In this document: one piece after another, positions 25,369 through 37,289 of the stretch
Numbering within the stretch: the stretch's first letter is position 1
Layout of the letters: each line of letters begins with the position of its first letter
Source of the DNA: Microcaecilia unicolor
Taxonomy: Eukaryota
Assembly (NCBI RefSeq): GCF_901765095.1
Contig: NC_044034.1
Coordinates: forward strand, 62,690,339-62,754,338
Direction of reading: 5' to 3'
Length of the DNA stretch: 64,000 nt
Program-made: the position numbers and the translations under genes
The notes under the pieces: model-generated
The model's database searches: none
Seen by the model: the letters and a program-made list of their open reading frames with translations, nothing else
What the model was told of the DNA's origin: nothing

Positions 25369-26399
25369 GTTCAGTGATTGCGTAACTCAGATTCATTCTG
25401 AAAAATGCCACGTATGTGTCCAGAGTCTCTTTGTGCCAAAAAATGGCATGTATAACAATTTATGCATTTGAAAATGAAACTAAAACTGGAATGAAATTAC
25501 AGATATGAAAAAATACATATTTTAGATTTTTAGAAAATTAGATAAAATTAAAAAAAATATTTGTGGTGTTACAATTAGAAGAATGCTTAAGTCACTAAAT
25601 TTTATTGGTGTGTGGATATACTCAAATTCAGTGAGGGGCACACTGAGCAGGAGTTGCATGGATGATGCCCCAAATGGTGCTACAGTTTCTTTAATGTTTT
25701 GATCTCTAGAATGGGCTATAATGAGTTTTAAGAAACATGACGGCAGGTAAGGGCCAAATATCCGATCCAGTCTGTCCATCCTCAGTAACCACTGTCTCTT
25801 CACATGCCTGTCCCATGCCTTCTTAAATTTAGAAGAAACCAAAAGAGAGGGTGAACAGCATACAAACCAATACAGAAACAAAAAGAAAGCAACACTGGGC
25901 CTTCAGGATTGAGATCATCAAAATCCTTCTTTATTATGAAATTGACCCGACACGGGCTGTGTTTCGGCACACAAGCGGCTGCATCAGGGGTCTGACATAA
26001 AAACATAAAGATCAAAAATTCATATAATCTGACTAGTGATACACATATAAAAACAAATAAAAAATTATTAGACATAAATACATAAGATCATTTAAAAAAA
26101 CAAAACAAAACCATAACAGGATAATAAGTACTTAAATAAAAACAATCAATATAAAAAAAATCCAGTCATACAAAAAGGACCAACATAATTATGCAAACAA
26201 AATATACATTCATGAGATAACCTTACCAAAAAGTTTTTGTGTCCTACAGGTCTGCTTGTGGACATAAAAGATATAGATAAACAATACAGGAAATGTTTTC
26301 TAAGGAAATGAGAAAAGGGAAGGAAGGCAACAGCATGTTAATAGGTGGGCAAACCTGTACAACCAATAGATACGGTTGTATTAAAAGAATTGAAAATAT

Positions 26400-28200
26400 A
26401 AAAAATGATTGGGATTATAATAAACTGTAATAAAACAACCTGATTAAATACTGGTGACCAACATGATGAAAACCATGTAAGGTAGCAGAGCATAGTTTAC
26501 TCACCACTGAGGTCAGACTAACAGGTCTGTAATTCCCAACCTCCTCCTTTCTTTCTGCTCTTGTGCAGCTGAACCACATCTGGTTTTTTTTTCTCCAGTC
26601 CTCTGGAACCACTCCAGACTCTAAAGCATTGAAGAGGTTAGACAATAGAGCTGCCAGAATTTCTCCAAGTTCCTTGAGTACCCTCGGTTGTATCCCATCA
26701 GACCCCATCACTTTGTCTATTTTTAGCTTAACTAGCTCCTCACGAACGCAGACTTCTGAGAGTTGGTCCTGGTCTACCATATATCTATCCCTATTAGCAT
26801 TTGTTTTCTGCAGTCCTTTCCCAGCCTTTCATCTGTGAACACAGAACACAAATATTTAAGTTCAGCTTTATCCTTATCAGCTTCTACATATTCCCCCCCT
26901 TTGCCCTTGAGCCTCACAATGCCATTTTGGCACTTCCTTCTATCTCTTACATATTAAAAAAATGTTTTGTACCCCAATTTTAACTTATTGGTTGTCTTTT
27001 CTTCCATTTGCATCTTCACTTTCCTGACAGCTTTTTCAGCTACTCTTAGCTTTTCTAGGTATTTTTGTCTGTCTTCCTCTTTCTGAGTTGCCTTGTAATT
27101 TATGAAGGCTAATCTCTTTTTTTCCCTTACCTTTTCAGGTACTACGTTTGAGAACCAAAGTGGCCTTCTTTTCCTCTTACTTTTATGTACTTTTTTAACG
27201 TGAAGGTTTGTCCCCTTTAAAATAGCTCCTTTCAGACTTGCTCACTGATGTTCTACTTCCTTCAGCTGTTCGCATCCAACAAACTACTTTGAGATATTCC
27301 CCTATCTTGTCAAAGTTAATTCTTTTGAAGTCTAGGACCTTCAGTCTTGAATAAGCCCACTCTTCCTGTAATATTGGACTACACCATTTGGTGATCACTA
27401 GATGCCAATTAATCTCCCACCTTAACATCAGAAACACTCTCCCTGTTTGTAAGCACTAGATGTAGAATAGCTCCATCCCGCATGGGTTCTGTTACCAACT
27501 GCTGGAACAGTTCTTCCTGTAGAGAATCCAAGATCCCCTTTCTTCTAGTCAACCCTGCAGCAGGGATGCCCCAATCGACGTCCGGCATAGTAAAATCACC
27601 TGAATCCAAGATCCCCTTTCTTCTAGACAACCCTGCAGCAGGGATGCCCCAATCGACGTCCGGCATAGTAAAATCACCTGAATCCAAGATCCCCTTTCTT
27701 CTAGACAACCCTGCAGCAGGGATGCCCCAATCGACGTCCGGCATAGTAAAATCACCTGAATCCAAGATCCCCTTTCTTCTAGACAACCCTGCAGCAGGGA
27801 TGCCCCAATCGACGTCTGGCATAGTAAAATCACCTGAATCCAAGATCCCCTTTCTTCTAGACAACCCTGCAGCAGGGATGCCCCAATCGACGTCTGGCAT
27901 AGTAAAATCATCTGAATCCAAGATCCCCTTTCTTCTAGACAACCCTGCAGCAGGGATGCCCCAATCGACATCCAGCATAGTAAAATCACCTGAATCCAAG
28001 ATCCCCTTTCTTCTAGACAACCCTGCAGCAGGGATGCCCCAATTGACGTCCGGCATAGTAAAATCACCTATCAGTAGTGCGTCCCCTTTCCTAGCTATCT
28101 TGTGAATGTTTTCAATTAAATCTCTGTCCATTTCTTCTGACTGTGAAGGAGGCCTGTATATCACACCATTGTAAATACATTTTCCATTCCCTCTTTCCAG
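26400..28200 (-). mobile_element. CR1-like LINE 5' portion: endonuclease domain (28164-27409) and RT N-terminus (26780-26415)
   Basis: The EN signature reads IYRPPSQSEEMDRDLIENIHKIARKGDALLIGDF(T/N)MPDVNW ... LQEELFQQLVTEPMRDGAILHLVLTNRE. The RT N-terminus reads GSDGIQPRVLKELGEILAALLSNLFN.SLESGVVPEDWRK.N......R.E.VGNYRPVSLTSVVSK. Both match CR1/L2 ORF2 conserved blocks. Confidence 0.7.
27523..28070. repeat. 78-bp minisatellite, about 7 near-identical units (ccaagatcccctttcttctagacaaccctgcagcagggatgccccaatcgacgtccggcatagtaaaatcacctgaat)
   Basis: The period was measured directly: the unit start tgaatccaag recurs at 27601, 27679 and onward. 78 is a multiple of 3, so all three frames on both strands stay open across the array. 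That is why the ORF track shows 207/251/172-aa repetitive ORFs. Confidence 0.9.
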
Positions 28201-31200
28201 GTTAACCCACTGTGCTTATTCCTTACCCCGTATGCCCTGCAATTCTTTCACTTTAATATTATTATTAACATATAATGCACTCCACCCTTTTTTCCTACCA
28301 TGTCCTTCCTGTATAGATTATAGCCAGGTATAACTGTATCCCAGTCATGGTTCTCCATGAACCACTTCTCCGTGACAGCCACTAAATCTAAGTCTGCTTC
28401 TACCATTACAGCCTCTAGGTCTAGAAATTAGTTTCCCATACTATGGGCATTGGTATACAAAGCTCTCCAGATATTACTCTTTTTCCCCATTTCTATAAAG
28501 GCATTTGATGTCTTACATTCCTGAGGGTTATTAATGACTTTGGGGCTTTTCTCTCTCATCCATCAATTTTAGTTTAAATTCCTCTTTAGTACATTACCCA
28601 GTCTACTGAAGAGACTTTGTCCCTTCTTTGATAGATGGACACCATCTCTGCTCAGTAGCTCTTGAAAAATCATCCCATGGTGTAGGAAACTGAAGCGCTC
28701 ACGGTAGTACCATCTGCACAGCCACACATTCAGTTCTAGGATGCGAGCTGCCCTCATTTGGCCTTTACCCTCAACAGAAAGGATCAATGAGAACACCACC
28801 TGTACACCTGACTGCTTCACCCTCTGTCCCAGAGCCATGAAGGGAAAGGGAATGGGACTTGATATGTTGCCTTTCTGTGGTTTTTGCAACTACATTAAAA
28901 GCAGTTTACATAGTATATACATGAAGTCATATTCGATATGTTCCGTAGGATACCTAGCAGCATCATTTGTGCCAAAATGGATGAGCAGCATAGGATTGTG
29001 GTCTGTAGGCTTGATGAGTCTCGGCAGACAGTACACCTCCCTGGACATCATGCCTGGTCGGCAGATGGGTGCCTCTTAACTTATCTGTGGTTCCCTAATA
29101 TGTGCCAGTGTTTTCTAATGATTTTTTAAAATCATTTGATAAGCTAGAGAATTTGAGTGCATACAAGGTCTGGCTGAGGATGCTCTGAAGCCATCTTGGC
29201 AATGTGGATATAGATTTAGTTACTCAGACAAGATGTATGTATTTTTCCATATCTGTAATTTCATTCCAGTTTGTTTCATTTCCAAGTGTGGAAATTGTTA
29301 TACACACTATTTTTTTGGTGCACATTTTCCTCTCACATAGCTAAGTTTCACTAGCTTCCTGTTCAAGAAAGAATTTTATATAAATCGACTTGTCTGATGT
29401 TTCAGGTCGTTCATTGAGCTGCCTCAGAATTGTTGATAAATTTGATTGTTGCACCATTAACTCGATTTTTAGCTTGATTGCAGAGTTCTTTTATTCTTTG
29501 TTCTCTTACTTTTAAAGGTGTTTGGGGGTTTTTTTTTTTTTTTTTTAGATAGCAAGTACTATGTTTTCATCTCTGGTAATTCCTTTTTTGGAACTATTTT
29601 TTGTCTGGTGTTAGAACTGAAACAAATTATTATGTTTCTCAAAGAAAGCTGAAAACTTGTTTGATAGATTCTGATTTAAAAAAAATACTGTGTTAAAAAA
29701 AAGTGTTAATGTATTGTAGCTGTTCCTAATTTGTAAACCACATTAGACCCTAATTCAGGGGATATAACGGTTGATATTTTCAGATACACTGGACTCGTAT
29801 GTGGCATTTTTCTGATTGCATCTGAATTAACACATCGCTGCAATTTTTATTCCTTTTCCTAATGTGTGTTATACATAAACATGAAGTTATATAAGAGCAT
29901 TTTACCCCAGTAGAAATCTTATGTAACTTATTTTATCCACCAGCCCCCCCTTTTTTCCCCCAAAAAACAAATGATTCTCACTCTATACATTTTGGTGCTA
30001 GAGCGCCTAAGTAAGTACGCCTTCAGTTTCTTTTGCAAGTTTTATTGCAGATACCATTCAAGTCTAAATTTATTAGTTTTGATAGTATGTGTTTTATGCA
30101 GATGTGACATCTGTTTTTGTGCGCTGCTTCTCTGCACAGTATATTACAGTCCACATTTGATCTGCAGGAGCATAATGTATAACTGATTATTTTATAATTA
30201 AGATATTTTACAACAAAGAAGTAGTTTATGGACGTTTTATTGTGTATGAGATTATTGCTTATATGTAAGTGTGTGTGCTATTTATATTTTCAGGTTCACA
30301 AAATAGGAAGTATTTTAATTTTCTGTTCATCCGAATGTTTTAATACTTCATTTTTTCCAGTTGGATATATTGGATTACACTCATTGAAACCTTTGGAAAG
30401 ATAATTACAGCTGGTAAATGATTTTTTTTGTTGTTGTTGTCATCAGCAATCCTTATCTTTACATTTTTTTTAAATGTAGAACTTAGTACTTTCCAAGTTA
30501 TAATATAGCAGTGTTTCATTTAAGACTATTACGTATTCATCACACTATTTCTTGGTCTGATGAGTCTATAAACTTGTACTTTTGTATAACTTTTGTCTTT
30601 TAAAACATTGATGTTTTTGTTATGTTTTATTTTTGCATATGTTTTATTGTTCTTTTTATAGACCCCTGAAGCAGGAATTTGCTGAAATAGGACCTGTCGG
30701 GTGTCTTCATAAAAATTGATTAACATACTGATTCCTGAGGCCTATGTGCTTTTTCTTCATTATATGGTTCTGCTGCACCATTGAGTCCCTCTCCTTGGCT
30801 TGGCTTATTTTAAAAATTATCTATAGCCTCAGTAAAAGTTGTACATGTTATTAAAATAATTTGGGAAAGTACTACTACTACTACTATTTAGCATTTCTAT
30901 AGCGCTACAAGGCATACGCAGCGCTGAAAGCATATGGAAAGCAGGGAGGAATACACATGGAAATATGTTTCTTGGAATGATTTCCTCCATGTCTGCATTT
31001 GTCTCTGGGATTGATGCAGAAAGGCCCACAGTATAGCCATGCGTGGATGGCTGAGTGCACGGTATATTGTTTTTGTTTTTTTTTTTTACAATTTTTTTTA
31101 ACATGCTTAATTTCTCTGTAATCCTTGGTCAAATTCTGTGTCTTCTCACTGTTTTTTCGACTACACCAAATGCAGTTCTGTTATGTTTTTGGAGCGTCCT

Positions 31201-31707
31201 TTTGCCCCCAGACACGTTTTTGACATCATCTGAGTAATTTCTTTTAAATATTCCATTGGTTAGAAAGAAACAAAACTGAAAACATCAGGACTTAACATTT
31301 TTTGGATCAGAAAAGACTGGAAAATAAAATTAGAAATGAAGCAGTGGTATCCAGAAGATTCCGCTAATTTGAAGAGCCAGGCTCATTGTAGCAAAAGTTC
31401 AGTGGCCTTCGTTAACCATGAAACCTCCTGATGAATATTGGTGGCTACATAAGTGGCCATATGGACACCAAGGTTCAAAGTCAGTATGACATAACATAAC
31501 ATAGTAACATAGTAGATGACGGCAGAAAAAGACCTGCACGGTCCATCCAGTCTGCCCAAGATAAACTCATATGTGCTACTTTTTGTGTATACCTTACCTT
31601 GATTTGTATCTGTCATTTTCAAAAAATAGATTTACATTATGAAATACCAGTGAATGCTTTATGATAATTATAATGTTTGGAGTTTCACTTTTTAGTTTAT
31701 TCAACAG

Positions 31708-31804
31708 GATAAGGAAATGAAGAAGATCGAAATGACAAAAGAGAAACCCAGGAAAAAAAATGATTCTGAAAAGGAAATCAGAAAAGAGCAGAGAGGAATA
31801 AAGA
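31708..31804 (+). CDS. MPHOSPH8: MPHOSPH8 coding exon 4 (DKEMKKIEMTKEKPRKKNDSEKEIRKEQRGIK)
   Basis: Matches human EEDKETKRNESKEKYQKRHDSDKEEKGRKEPKGLK. Acceptor tttattcaacag|GAT. Donor TAAAGA|gtaagt. 97 nt, ends in phase 1. That phase is exactly complemented by the next exon. Found by eye; it is not in the ORF track because it is short. Confidence 0.75.
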
Positions 31805-32335
31805 GTAAGTTAATTAAAATTAATTAAAACCAGCATAAAAGCCTGTTGAAATCAGCAAGAGTAAAAGCAGTCAGTTTTTCTTAAAATGTTTATCTGATAT
31901 TACATCAGGGGCAGTACTACAATAGTCTATATCTGCTCTAGTAATTGACAGCAGCAAGTTTTGTGCTAGGTCTTTTTTTTCCCTACTTGTTTCTGTTTGA
32001 AACCAGGGTAGAACCTTGAAGGACACCCATCGGCTACTCCTTTTAATATCTATTTAAATTCCTTCTATAGACTGTAACTAATTTATATGTGTTTCCAGTT
32101 TTTATTATTGTTCTGTACTTTGAAGGATGATGCGCTTAATCATGTAGCCCCCTGTATCATGCTGTTGCCCAATAGATGTTTGCTAATAAATGGAATGTCG
32201 TTTAGATTGTTCTTGCTGTGCTAGTCTGCTTTCTTTCCACTGCTGTTCCATCAGGAGTTTCCTTTGACAATTGGAATTTATCATTTTTGTCTTGTGTTGA
32301 GTATCTTGGAATTTTGTTCAACCCAGCATTATCAT

Positions 32336-32555
32336 AAGTACATAAGTACATAAGTAGTGCCATACTGGGAAAGACCAAAGGTCCATCTAGCCCAGCATCC
32401 TGTCACCGACAGTGGCCAATCCAGGTCAAGGGCACCTGGCACGCTCCCCAAACGTAAAAACATTCCAGACAAGTTATACCTAAAAATGCGGAATTTTTCC
32501 AAGTCCATTTAATAGCGGTCTATGGACTTGTCCTTTAGGAATCTATCTAACCCCT
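32336..32555 (-). mobile_element. CR1-like LINE 3' UTR plus (ACATAAGT)n tail, the 3' part of the split copy
   Basis: Near-identical to 4067-4285, including the octamer microsatellite at 32336-32355. Confidence 0.8.
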
Positions 32556-33467
32556 TTTTATATTTCAACTGTTTTTATTGATGATTCAACATTATAAACA
32601 TTTTAACATTGCCAATACTTCTATTATTGAGCATTATAAGTAATACAGCATATTAACTTGTATACAGCAATAAATTCCATCATCAATAGTTTTATGCATC
32701 TTCCCCTGGTCTCTTTGCCTACCCTCCCAAACATGCTCATTAACAGCCAAACGTACATTTAAGGAGGGGGGTGTTTTGTTAAATATACATCACAGTCATC
32801 TTTTATATTCCCCCCTCCTTCTCCCCTTCCTTCTTCTCTCCCCACCCTCTCCCCCCTGCTATTCATTAATAATTAAATTGTGCTTATGAGTTCAGGTAAG
32901 TGTATCATTATTCTATAATATTATCAAAGCTTATTGAGTACAAGACTCCGACCTCTCTGCGTTAAGGTATCCAACATAGGCCCCCAAACTTTAAGGAAGC
33001 ATTTTTTCCCACGACAGGAGCCTTTTGCATTCCTTGCTTCCCATGTCATTAAAAGATGCACCTGATTTCGCCATTGCCAGTAATCTGGGGGTTTATCCGA
33101 AGTCCAACATTGCAAAATACATTTTTTGGCTACCAAACATAATTTGCGACTTAACAATATTTCATCTGCCGTAAGGCCACTGAATGCTCTTGGGCAATCC
33201 AATATTAATTGCACCGAAGTGCCCACTATAGTACTTGAAATGATTGAATTCATAAATGCCAGTATCTTTTCCCAAAAAAGCTGTATTTTTGTGCATTCCC
33301 AAAATGCATGATAGAACGAATTTTCCTCCAATGTGCATTTCATACAGATTGGTGTGTCAATCCCTCCTACTTTATAGAACTGGCGTTGTGTGAAGTATGC
33401 TCTATGTATTATTCTAAATGCACATTCTCTATAGTTTGCTCCATTAATCAGTTTAGGGATGTTCCGT
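32556..33467 (-). mobile_element. L1-like LINE 3' fragment (ORF2 C-terminal CxxC region plus A/T-rich 3' end) nested inside the CR1 copy. A roughly 14-bp target-site duplication (atctaacccctttt) flanks it.
   Basis: Translation ...YRECAFRIIHRAYFTQRQFYKVGGIDTPICMKCTLEENSFYHAFWECTKIQLFWEKI... is typical of the vertebrate L1 ORF2 C-terminus. The duplicated motif atctaacccc(t)tttt is present at both junctions (32545-32560 and 33473-33488). Confidence 0.7.
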
Positions 33468-33925
33468 ATATCTAACCCCTTTTTAAACTCCGTCAAGCTA
33501 ACCGCCCGTACCACGTTCTCCGGCAATGAATTCCAGAGTCTAATTACACGTTGGGTGAAGAAAAATTTTCTCCGATTCGTTTTAAATTTACCACACTGTA
33601 GCTTCAACTCATGCCCTCTAGTCCTAGTATTTTTGGATAGCGTGAACAGTCGCTTCACATCCACCCGATCCATTCCACTCATTATTTTATACACTTCTAT
33701 CATATCTCCCCTCAGCCGTCTCTTCTCCAAGCTGAAAAGCCCTAGCCTTCTCAGCCTCTCTTCATAGGAAAGTCGTCCCATCCCCACTATCATTTTCGTC
33801 GCCCTTCGCTGTACCTTTTCCAATTCTACTATATCTTTTTTGAGATACGGAGACCAGTACTGAACACAATACTCCAGGTGCGGTCGCACCATGGAGCGAT
33901 ACACCTTTGACTTATACACCAAGCA
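33468..33925 (-). mobile_element. CR1-like LINE 3' fragment, the 5' part of a copy split by a nested insertion
   Basis: Same family as 4067-4620: the ORF segment reads MVYKSKVYRSMVRPHLEYCVQYWSPYLKKDIVELEKVQRRATKMIVGMGRLSYEERLRRLGLFSLEKRRLRGD.... The copy resumes at 32336-32555. Confidence 0.8.
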
Positions 33926-34264
33926 AGTTGTTATTTTTCAACTGTTTTTATTATGAAATAAATGCATTACAAAGACAAACTTGTAGATACACATGCAGTC
34001 TGCACAACCCAGGAAAGGTTCAAAATGCCCTGTATCCCCAGAAAATTTGACCGTAATATTCCACACTCCCATAAACATAGCTATAACGCTTGCTCCTGAG
34101 TGGAGACATACTTGATTAACAACCCAAGATAAACCCCCGTCCTAGGTGCTTCCCCCCCCTAAAGAAGCAGCAACTCAATGACAGCCCCATCTAAATGCCC
34201 CCCCCCCTCCAAAACACTGAAATCCATTCGACATCCAATCCCAACCCCCCCCCGAGCCCCCTCC

Positions 34265-34940
34265 CTACTCAAGGTGCGTACCCTCCTTATAATCAGAACC
34301 ATCCAGAATGCTCACAGTCCATTGAGAATGAGACTCCTGCCCCGTTGAGATAGTGTGTCCAAATAGGTAACCCAAATTTTCAAAAAACGGGTTTCTATGA
34401 AACTTTGGAAGGCTAAGTGCTTTGAAAATATGCCTCTTTGCCTCCCAGGACAGCAGCTGTTGCAAAAGGTTGTGCCAATGCCAATATCCAGGTGTGTTGT
34501 CTCAGGCCCAGGACCGCAATACACATTTCCTCACCAACAAACACAATTTGCGAAAAATAAGGTGCCCTCTACCGATGACCCCCTAAAAGACCCCGGGCTG
34601 TCAAGCACCATTTGAAAAGGAGTGCCCGCAATCCTCCGGGAGAACAAGAAAGATAAGTGTTCTACCACCCAGCGCCAAAAGCGGCGAACTACCCCACAGG
34701 GCGAAAAGGCATGAAAAAAGGTATTATCTAACAGTTTGCACTTTGGACAAAGAGGAAACCCAGTGCCCCCAGCCTTAAACAATTGAACCTGTGCAAAATA
34801 AGCTCTGTGTATTACTCGAAAAGCACATTCCCCATAGCTAGCACCGCTGACAAGGCTTGGAATGCCTTTGATGTGTGCCTTTGACTTCCCAGAGAGAATT
34901 AAATGAGTTGCTCCATCAGAGAGTGAGGAAATCACAATTA
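34265..34940 (-). mobile_element. L1-like LINE ORF2 C-terminal fragment
   Basis: ...ASYGECAFRVIHRAYFAQVQLFKAGGTGFPLCPKCKLLDNTFFHAFSPCGVVRRFWRWVVEHLS... shows the L1 ORF2 C-terminal Cys motif. Confidence 0.6.
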
Positions 34941-35387
34941 TACTATCGATATCAATTTTTTAGACATGGAAATAAGGCAGGGAGCATGCAGCATGCTAGC
35001 CAGACTAATCAAAGGGAGGTAAGGGACAACCCGCATAATACAACTCCAAGACGCAAGAGGCCATGGGATTCAGAAAGATGCAGATATCGCATCCCATTTG
35101 CAGGATTATTACAAACTATTGTATCAGGAGCCCACAGATGGGATGTTGGATAGTGATTTATATTTAGACAGTCTGACTTTACCGACGATTACGGAGGCAC
35201 AGAGAGAATTTCTGAATGCGCCTATCACGCAATGCAACAAAATAAGCTTCAGAAGACGCCTGGGCTGGACGGTTATGGGGTGGAATTCTATAAATTGCTT
35301 TATGAACAAGTAAAATCTCCCCTGGTGAATGTCTTTAATATGCCAAATTATCATTTCAAGCCACACATTCAGTTATACATTTCCATA

Positions 35388-35975
35388 TACTACTACTACT
35401 ACTACTATTTAGCATTTCTATAGCGCTACAAGGCATACACAGCGCTGCACAAACATAGAAGAAAGACAGTTCCTGCTCAAAGAGCTTACAATCTAATAGA
35501 CAAAAAATAAATAAAGTAAGCAAATCAAATCAATTAATGTGAACGGGAAGGAAGAGAGGAGGGTAGGTGGAGGCGCGTGGTTACAAGTGGTTACGAGTCA
35601 AAAGCAATGTTAAAGAGGTGGGCTTTCAGTCTAGATTTAAAGGTGGCCAAGGATGGGGCAAGACGTAGGGGCTCAGGAAGTTTATTCCAGGCGTAGGGTG
35701 CAGCGAGACAGAAGGCGCGAAGTCTGGAGTTGGCAGTAGTGGAGAAGGGAACAGATAAGAAGGATTTATCCATGGAGCGGAGTGCACGGGAAGGGGTGTA
35801 GGGAAGGACGAGTGTGCAGAGATACTGGGGAGCAGCAGAGTGAATACATTTATAGGTTAGTAGAAGAAGTTTGAATAGGATGCGAAAACGGATAGGGAGC
35901 CAGTGAAGGGTCTTGAGGAGAGGGGTAGTATGAGTAAAGCGACCCCTCCGCCTCCCACTAGCCCCCCCCAAACTT
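35388..35975 (-). mobile_element. L2-like LINE 3' fragment ending in a (TAG/GTA)n microsatellite plus gtagcgctatagaaatgctaaata tail (tail at 35388-35430)
   Basis: ORF 35591-35971(-) reads LKTLHWLPIRFRILFKLLLLTYKCIHSAAPQYLCTLVLPYTPSRALRS.D..LSVP.....NSRLRAFCLAAPYAWNKLPEPLR, an L2 ORF2 C-terminal signature. The same tail recurs at 30872-30960, 43893-43965, 54683-54810 and 58328-58440. Confidence 0.75.
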
Positions 35976-36049
35976 CCCTAACCTCCTCCTCCCCCCTTCC
36001 CATCCCCCAAACAACTCTATTATATTTAATACATCTAAATCGTGTGTTG

Positions 36050-37260
36050 TGTGTCAGTTAATGATTCTGCTTCTCGCTCTGGGTTGCAACGTGTCCCAAA
36101 ACCTCTCCCAGGTCTTCTGTAAAGATTTCCCTTCCTCTGTGTCCAATTCTGCCACACTGCATCGCTCCATTTTCAGCAGCTCTATCATGTGTGATCTCCA
36201 CATCCCCAAAGTGGGCGCCTCCTGTTCTCTCCAGCATATCAAAATAGACTGCTTCCCCACCATTACTGCTCTTTGCAAAAACCGGTTGAACCCTGATAGG
36301 GTTGCCCCTGTGTTGTGGTATTCCTCAAATAGGAACAGAGGGTGCCGCCGTACTCTACGGCCCCATTGAGTATAGATTTCTCTCAGTACCTGGGTCCAGA
36401 AAAACAGTATGCGCTCACAAGTCCAAAACGTGGCCCAGAGTGGCCGGGTCTCTTCCACACTTGGGGCAAGCCCCTGACTCTCCAAACCCAGCCTTATACG
36501 CTCTTGCTGGAGAAATGTGGAGGCGAAGTGCAAACCTGTACTGCAGTTCCCAGTACTTGGGAAAGGGGGAACTCTTTTGAATTATCTGAAGATACTTCCA
36601 AAACAGATCTCTTGTCACCTCTGTTCCCAATTCCAGTGTCCACACTCTCACTCTGCCCTTGCAATCCAGATCTGTTGTTGTGTCCAACAAAAAACGATGA
36701 TGAAAACGCAGGGGAATCACATTATGCGCTCCCAGTGTCAGAGCTGAGTTAAGTTTCTTGCATATCCTCACATAAATGCGTCCACTCTAGGGCCGAGATA
36801 TAATGGTGTGCCTGCATGTATGCCAAATAATCCCCTGGCAGCACCGCATATTCCTCTTGAATGTCTGCAAAAGAACGAACTTTGCCTTCTTCATTTATCA
36901 GATGATACAGGTAGCGGACTCCCTGCTTTCGCCAGCGAGCGAATGCAGCTGTGGTGGACCCCGCAGGGAAGTCTGGGTTATTATGCAATGCTATGAAGGG
37001 CGTCACACTCGCCGAGAAACCATGTCTTCTACATAGCCACCGCCAGGCTGCTGTAGCTGAATATACCAGCGGATTTTTAGAAATCCCTGGCACTGACATT
37101 GCTCTCGGCAAGTGCAGCAACCAGCTGAGATGTGCCATTGGGGACATAGCAGACTCTATTACAGTCGCTGAAAAGTCTTGTTTCCCGATTAACCAATCCC
37201 TAACGTGCTGCAGGGCACGCAACACTGTTAAATACCTTATATTTAGAAGTCCCATCCCTC
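36050..37260 (-). mobile_element. L1-like LINE ORF2 C-terminal fragment
   Basis: The minus-strand ORFs 36054-36533, 36415-36771 and 36749-37255 contain ...GACPKCGRDPATLGHVL... and ...RYLYHLINEEGKVRSFADIQEEY..., conserved blocks of the vertebrate L1 ORF2 tail. Frameshifts are present. Confidence 0.6.
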
Positions 37261-37289
37261 CCTGGGCCCTAGGCTTCTCCAGAATCTTT

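Noticed and set aside
27482-28105. 207-aa and 172-aa repetitive ORFs overlapping the 251-aa ORF
   Set aside because: They are alternative frames of the 78-bp minisatellite. Only the minus-strand frame containing the CR1 endonuclease motifs is biologically meaningful.
32924-33922. 332-aa ORF as a single novel protein
   Set aside because: It is a chimeric read-through of two different LINE fragments (CR1 tail fused to L1 tail by a nested insertion).
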